A stretch of 64,000 bases of DNA from Mobula hypostoma (Eukaryota), in contig NC_086124.1 of assembly GCF_963921235.1 (NCBI RefSeq), forward strand, positions 24,490,001 to 24,554,000, in the 5' to 3' direction. Below the pieces are notes generated by a model. That model did no database searches. It was given only the letters and a program-made list of their open reading frames with translations, and was not told the DNA's origin. A program made the translations under genes and the position numbers. Shown in pieces: positions 57,440-64,000 of the stretch (the stretch's first letter is position 1; every line of letters begins with the position of its first letter).

Positions 57440-60400
57440 GTGAGGAAGGAGTCTCCACCATCCCACAGAGCAGGGGAACCTAAAACTAAAGGGCACAGGT
57501 TTCCAGTAAGATGGAACACACTTAAGGCCGAAAGATTTTCCCACGGGGAGTGGCTCATATAAAGCCCACGCTGACGCTTTATAAGGCGTTGGTCAGACCA
57601 CACCGATTATTGCGCCGTTGGCGAGAATGATCACGGGAATGAAGGAGTTAACATACGAGGAGCAATTGATGGCTGCGGGCCTGAGCTCGCTGGAGTTTAG
57701 AAGAATGGTGGTGGTGGTGTTGGGAAGGTGGATCTCACTGAAACGTATCGAATATTGAACGGCTTGGATACAGTGGACGTGGAGAGGATATCGTGGGGGA
57801 GTCTAGGACCAGACGGCACAGCCTGAGAATAAGATCATAAAACATAGGAGCAGAATTAGGCCATTTGGCCCAGCGAATGTGCTCAGCAAAGTTGTTGGCA
57901 AGGATGGGGCAGGTCCGGGCTGGTTTTTAATTAGGCATACACTGATTAGAAGGATGTCCCTTTGGAATAGGGATGAGGAATTCATTTAGCCAGAGGGTGG
58001 TGAATCTGTGGAATTCATTGCCACAGACGGCCGTGGAGGCCAAGTCATTGCGTAGATTTAAAGCGGAGGTTGACAGGTTCTTGATCAGTGAGGGGGTCGT
58101 AGTTTATGGGGGAAGGCAGGAGAAGCGGGTTGAGCGAGATAATAGGAGAGAGAAAATGTGCAGATGCTGGAAATCCAAGCAGCACACACACAACATACTG
58201 GAGGAACTCATCAGGCCGGGCAGCGTCTATGGAAAGGAGTACAACTGACGATTCAGGGCAAGGCCCTTCAGCGTGACGCCTTGGTTGGGATTTCTGCTGC
58301 TGTGCTCGGGGTGTTCTGTAAGAGCAGTCCGTTCTGATGTCAGCCAGTTTGGGTTTCAGCTGAGATAAGGGGTTTTGTTGTTCAACTTAGGAATGTGGTG
58401 TCAGCCAGTCAGGATGGTGGAATGGGGAGAAGGTGCTAGAGAGCACTGGTGTGGGTCAGGGTTTTTTTTTGGCAGGAACTGGGGGAAGACGGGAGGGAAA
58501 ATAGCTGAGGATGCCGCCCCCTGTTACACGCGTGCATTGTGCAGATAAATGGCTTCAAGGAGGAAGGACCGGTACTCCTGTGGGGCGCCCGTTTGTTCGC
58601 GCTGGATTTCGGGTGACATTCGGAGGGTGGTTTGTGCTTCCACGCAGACTGCGGGTCCAGCCGGCGGGTTAAAGACCGCTTCAAGATTAGCTCCAACCTT
58701 TGCCCGTTTAATTATGATGGGCCCCTTTTTGGTCTTTTAAACTTTCTTTTCTTTAACTCTTTGGTTAACATTCAAATACTTTATTTATAATTGTATGCAG
58801 TCTACGGTCTGTTATTTTTCTTGCCAATGGGCGATTGCAGCGGGGCAGGATACTACACAGATCGAGGTTCGTGTGGGCAGGACACCCCATCTTCACAGGT
58901 TTGACGGGACCCAAGTCATACCGACCCTCGTCATATGGAGTCCGAGAAAGGTGGTTTTCTCACTGCCGAGTCCGGTGGCTGCTGCCGAGGGACTAACGAG
59001 CCAGCTCTCAATTAAAAAGGGAGTTTCGTGTGTGTTGAGCGAGGCAATAAGTCAGCTATGGTGAAAATGGTGCAGCAAACGATGGGCTGAATGGCCTAAT
59101 TCTTGTCTATATCTTATAGTCTTCATGAGGTGTGGAGGGGAACTGGAGTGAGAGTAAGCGTGTGTGTGCGACAGACTGATCGAGAGGGTGAAAGAGGTGA
59201 ACTAGGAGGTGATTTGGGTGGGGGGGGATTTGGGGCAGAGGTGGATGGTCACCAGATGGAGAAATCATTGTAAATACCATCTGATTGAAGGATACCTATT
59301 GAGCTTTTTAAAGTGGAGGTTGATAGGTTCTTGGTAAGGGTGCCAACGGTTATGGGGACTAGGCAGGAAAATTGGGTTAAGAGAGATAGTAAATCAGCCA
59401 TGATAGAATGGTGGAGCAAACTCGATGGGCCGAGTAGCCTAATTCTGTTCCTATGCCATCTGGTCTTGTCGTATATGGAACGAGCTACTATGGACAGTGG
59501 TTGAGGCCCGAACATTAACAATGTTTGAAACACACTTGGACAGGTACATGGATGGGCAAGTTTCAGAGGGACACAGGCCATGAATTTGAGTTCAAGAGCC
59601 ATGAGGTAATGTTGCAGCTCTATATAACCCCTGGTTAGACCACACTTGGACTATTCTGGTTCAGTTCAGGTCACCTTATTATAGGAAGGATGTGGAAGCC
59701 TTAGAGGGTGTAGAAGAGATTCACTAGGATTCTGCCTGGATTAGAGAGGGTGCAGAGGAGATTCACTAGGATGCTGCCTGGATTAGAGAGGGTGTCTAAT
59801 GAGGAAAGGTTGAGCGAGCCAGGGCTTTTCTCTTTGGAGCAGAGGATGAGGAGTGACTTGGCAGAAATGGCAAATACAAGAGGAAAATAATTTTATGATG
59901 AGTGGAGGAAAGCGTAAGGGAGATGTCAGAGAAGTTTTATACACAGAGCATGGTGTTATGTGCTGTCAGGGGTGATTGTAAAAGCAGAGGTGGAAGGCCT
60001 TGATAGAGTGGATATTTCCAAAGGTGGAAGAGTCTAAGTCCTGAGGACACAGCCTCAGAATAGAGGGCATCCTTTTAGAACGGAGATGAGGAGGAATTTC
60101 TTTAGCCAGAGAGTGGTGAAGCTGTGGAATTCGTTGCCTGTGGAGGCCAAGTCTTTAGGTAAATTTAAGGCAAGAGATTGATAGATTTTTGATTAGTCAG
60201 GGCATGAAGGGATACAGGGAGAAGGTAGGAGAATGGGATTGAGAAGGTAAATGGACTAGCCATGATGAAATAGCAGAAGCCGACTCGATAGGCCAAATGG
60301 CCTAATTCTATTCCTATATCTTCTGGTCATACATTGGAGCATTTGAGGAACCCTTTGAAAGGCACACGGATGATAGAAAAATGGGGAGTTATGTGGGAGG

Positions 60401-62410
60401 AGAGGGGAGAGAGAGGGGAGAGAGAGGGGAGGAGAGGGAAGGGTAGATTCATCTTGGAGTAGATTGAAAGGTCAGCACAACATCGTGGGCCAAAGGGCCT
60501 GTAATGTGCTGGAACATTCAAATGGATGTTCTCAATGTAGAACATCAGGAGGGCACCATGGTCAGCACAGACAATGAAGGGCAGAAGGGACTGTTTCCAT
60601 TCTGACCCCACCTCCTCCCAGAGGCAGGGGATTACAAATGGAGGGGAGAGAGCGCATGGCGCTAGATAGACCCAAAACCCCGTCCCAGAGAGAAAGGTGT
60701 TCAAATCTGACATTGGGGTCTTACTGAGAACAGACTGTGAAGCACTCCTGAGCGAGAGGGGGTGAGGGATTATCGCCGTGGGTATGCCAAGGGGAATTGG
60801 GGCATGCAGGCGGAGTGGCTGAGTGGAATGGAGGCAGGTGAAGCCTCGTGTCATACAGTAGTCAGCCCCCTTGCTCACAGTCCACGCCCCTGGGACGTGC
60901 ATGGGCCATTCCCCCCCCCACAAACACACACACACAATCAAACCCCACCCCTTTCTGAGTGGTCGGCAAGCTGTTAAATTCACTGATCTAGCACAGACTA
61001 GATGGGCCGAATGGCCTGCTGTAGTGCTCTGCGACGCTCCTCAGCCCACGTCCCCTCGGGCTCCCCGCTCACCCGGTGATCTACTGGTTCCGGGATTGAA
61101 CGCACTCAGCTACTGAGGGTCCCAACAGGGAGTGTGGGGGTGGGGGAATTGTGAAGATTTCCCCTCCCCTCACGGGTGAGGGAGCTTGTCCCACCCCCAC
61201 CCCCTTCCCGGCGTTCCATGTCCGTCCCATCTACTATCGAGCCCCTGCAATACGTCTAGAATAGGGGAGGTCTCTCTCTGCCTGGGATCCAGGGCACAGA
61301 GCAGTGCTGTGCGACAGGCCCCTCAGTTGGTTCACAAACAGCCCTCTCCCTTCCCCTCCCACACCTGGAGGACTCCCTGCTCAGTGTAGGTATGGAATAT
61401 GCGAGGCAACGCACTTCACTGTTATGTTTCGATGCACAGAGACCAATTGAGGGCTATGTAGGAGGGATGTGTGGTGGGGTGGAGATACGTCTCTACCAGA
61501 GGATGTGCAAGGCACTCCTTCCCTCCGCTAGCCTGCAGGCCACCCTTGGGCAAGGTGTAGCACCCGCTTAGCCCCCGATCAGAGTCATGGGAACCACGGG
61601 AGCAGATGGTGGACGATCATGAGTAGCTGGTGTATAATCACAAGTCCTGGTTATGCGACCGGTGACGCCAGGCAGACTATCTCTGAAGAGTATTGATAAT
61701 GGCTGGGGGTCACCTATCTTGTAAAGACACTGCCCAGAAGGCAGCAATGGCAAACCACTTCTGTAGAAAGATTTGCCGAGAATAATTGTGGTCATGGATA
61801 AACCATGATCGCCCATGTCATACGACACAGCGCCTAATGATTTCATGTGACACAGCAAATAATGATGATGTCATACTATACATCACATAATGATGACATC
61901 ATACACATAATGATGGCGATGATGTAGGAGGGGAGGGTCAAATTGATCTCAAAGAGTACTGTTCTATGTTAAAAATTTAGAAGATAATTGTTGGGACTTG
62001 AGAACCTGAGTTACAGAGAAATAGGTTAGGACTTTATTCTCTGGAGGGTAGGAGATTGAGGGGAGATTGATAGAGGTGTACAAAATTATGAGGGGTACAA
62101 AATTATAGGGTAAATGCAAGCAGGCTTTTTCCCCTGAGGTTAGGTGAGACTACAACTAGAGGTCACAGGTTTAGGGTGAAAGGTGAAATATTTAAGGGGA
62201 ACCTGAGGCAGAAACGGCTTAACTCAGTGTGGAACGAGCTGCCAGCAGAAGTGGTGGATGCAACACAGGGGAGAAGTTTGGACAGGTACGGATGGAGGGG
62301 TATGGAAGCTTGTGGTATAGGTGTGCTTCAATGGGTCCAGGCAGAATAAAAGTTCAGCACAGATTAGAGGGGCCAAAGGGCCTGTTTCTGTGCTGTAGTG
62401 CTCTGTGAGA
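57440..62410 (+). mobile_element. Cluster of nested CR1 3' fragments with an RTE-like element (~61475-61925) and unclassified repeats
   Basis: Repeated CR1 3' motifs (AGCCAGAGAGTGGTGAA, GGCCTAATTCT) at 57440-58150, 59280-60330 and 61990-62410; (ATG)n-type tail at 61830-61925. Confidence 0.65.
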
Positions 62411-62437
62411 CAAGTTTAATCTCCTAATCCTCCAGTT

Positions 62438-64000
62438 GAGGCTTCCGGTGACACCATGATTCAGTATTGCCCTGCCTCGCATTCCCTCCCATGAAACTCC
62501 AGGAATAATAGCTGTTACATTACTTTTGACCATCTATGAAAGACATTTTTTCCAAGTAAATGGTACAGGAACACGAGTATGGCATCTCGGACTTCAAAAC
62601 ACACTGGAAAACAGGAAATACAAAGAGAAAGCAAAGACAAAAAGATACAGCGAGCTCCAGAACAGGCCGAAGCTAGCAAAGACGCCGAGGAGAAAGATAT
62701 GGCCGTGATACTGCGCCAGTTGAAAGAGCTGAGAAAAGAAAATCGAGAGTCATTTTCAGACACCAAGGCATCCCTATCTAGACTGGAGACCTCGGTGATA
62801 GACCTGAAGGAACGACTGGACCTACTTGAGCAGAAATCTGCCGAGTCTGAGTCCAGAATTAGGGCTAATGAGGACGCATGTTTCCGGCATGAGAGAGCAC
62901 TTAAATACCTGTTGAAGTGAGAAGCTGCTCTCACCGCGGCTTGCGATGATCTCCAGAACCGCTTACGAAGAAATAACCTAAGAATTTATCAGATACCCGA
63001 GGGAAGTGAGAAAGGAGACATGGTGGGGTTTGTCAAACAGTTAATTAAAATGACGCTTCGGCTTGCAGAGGACTTAAATTTACACATTGAGAGAGGCCAC
63101 TGATCCCTGATCACAGAGCCGGTGCCCTCTGCACCACCGCACTCCGTCATTGTGTGATTATACTGTAATAGAGGCAGTACCGCGTCAGGTGTGGGCTCAG
63201 AAACAAGTCACCTTTCAAGGCAGAGTCATCTATTTTGATCAGGACGACTCTCCCGAGGTCCAGGAGAGAAGAGCAGCAAAAGGCCGCGCGCCGTGATCAA
63301 ACAGCGAAAGGAGAAAGGTGCGCAGGCAAGTTGTCGCTTCCCAGCGCAGCTGAGAGTAAACTCGGATGCTGGAGTGAAGACCTTTCCTTCCCTGACTGAA
63401 GCTTTACCCACACTGAACGACCCGGGCGTGTCCGTGCCGGTGAGTGGGAGGGAGAAGCTGGAGCAGCGGCTCATCAGCGAGGTGTGGCGGGTACAGCGGA
63501 GGGGGCGAGGAGGAGGGAGCGCTGCGTCAGAGGCAGACATGACAGCTTTCCTGACATAGGAAGAGGCCGATTACATCCTTTCTTTCAAAGGAGGAGGTAT
63601 TATGAACAGTGTCTTCTTTGGACTGATTAATAATTTCTGGGCGTGAGTGATATTTAACTATCTTCGCCAACATGCACAGCTACTTACCAGCGTAACTGGC
63701 ATATTTTGATATACAATGTAGTTTCGTGGTGCTGGGGGGAGGCGAGTTAAATTTTATTAAGCAGACAGAAAAGGAAAAGGAATCGCCAAGGGAGGGCAAC
63801 AACTCAACCGGGGGATATGTTTTCCCCGTGGTTTGTAGGTATGACAGCACTGCGTGTGTGTTCCCCACAGAGAAGCATGTGCCATTATTCTCTGCCTAAT
63901 TATCATCGGGGGTGGTCTTGATAGGAGAAAAAGCAGTCATAATAATTTGTTTTATCAGGAATTTTAAAAGGCCAACTGGGTTTCTGGAAGTCTTGTTTGG
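62438..64000 (+). mobile_element. L1-type LINE 5' region with disrupted ORF1 (62579-~63559)
   Basis: Coiled-coil segment, then after the stop at 62918 DDLQNRLRRNNLRIYQIPEGSE...IERGH and IYFDQD..., typical of L1 ORF1p; several stops and frameshifts. Confidence 0.85.

Noticed and set aside
58270-59050. Possible solo LTR
   Set aside because: Composition is LTR-like but I could not define TG...CA ends, a TSD or a PBS by eye.
61040-61120. B-box-like GTTCAATCC and donor-like GTGAGC on the minus strand
   Set aside because: No tRNA cloverleaf or linked exon could be supported.

Overview
Vertebrate genomic DNA, most likely a cartilaginous fish (ray/shark-like repeat content: abundant CR1, Penelope-like, Rex1, RTE, V-SINE, Tc1/mariner and hAT elements); the species assignment is inference. 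The left ~39 kb is a tandem segmental-duplication array of single-coding-exon chemoattractant-type (C3aR/CMKLR1/FPR-like) GPCR genes: two intact copies (7928-8884, 21402-22343), one copy with compensating +1/-1 frameshifts (30291-31232) and one 5'-truncated fragment (~24724-25072). The window opens on a fold-back inversion junction. The three full-length receptors lack both cysteines of the canonical TM3-ECL2 disulfide, have almost no ECL2, and carry CRC instead of DRY/DRC. To the right lie two convergent spliced genes that the ORF track shows only in pieces. The first is LAGE3/PCC1 (KEOPS subunit, +, 3 exons, 97 aa, with a U12-type first intron). The second is a divergent 207-aa RAB7A-like GTPase (-, 4 coding exons) with precise loss of one intron, a switch-I Thr40->Ser change, and an intact minimal hammerhead ribozyme motif in a sense-strand intron. 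A decayed duplicate of the LAGE3 promoter/exon 1 and the RAB7 3'UTR sits inside the GPCR array. The last ~9 kb is repeat-rich and ends in the 5' part of an L1-type LINE.
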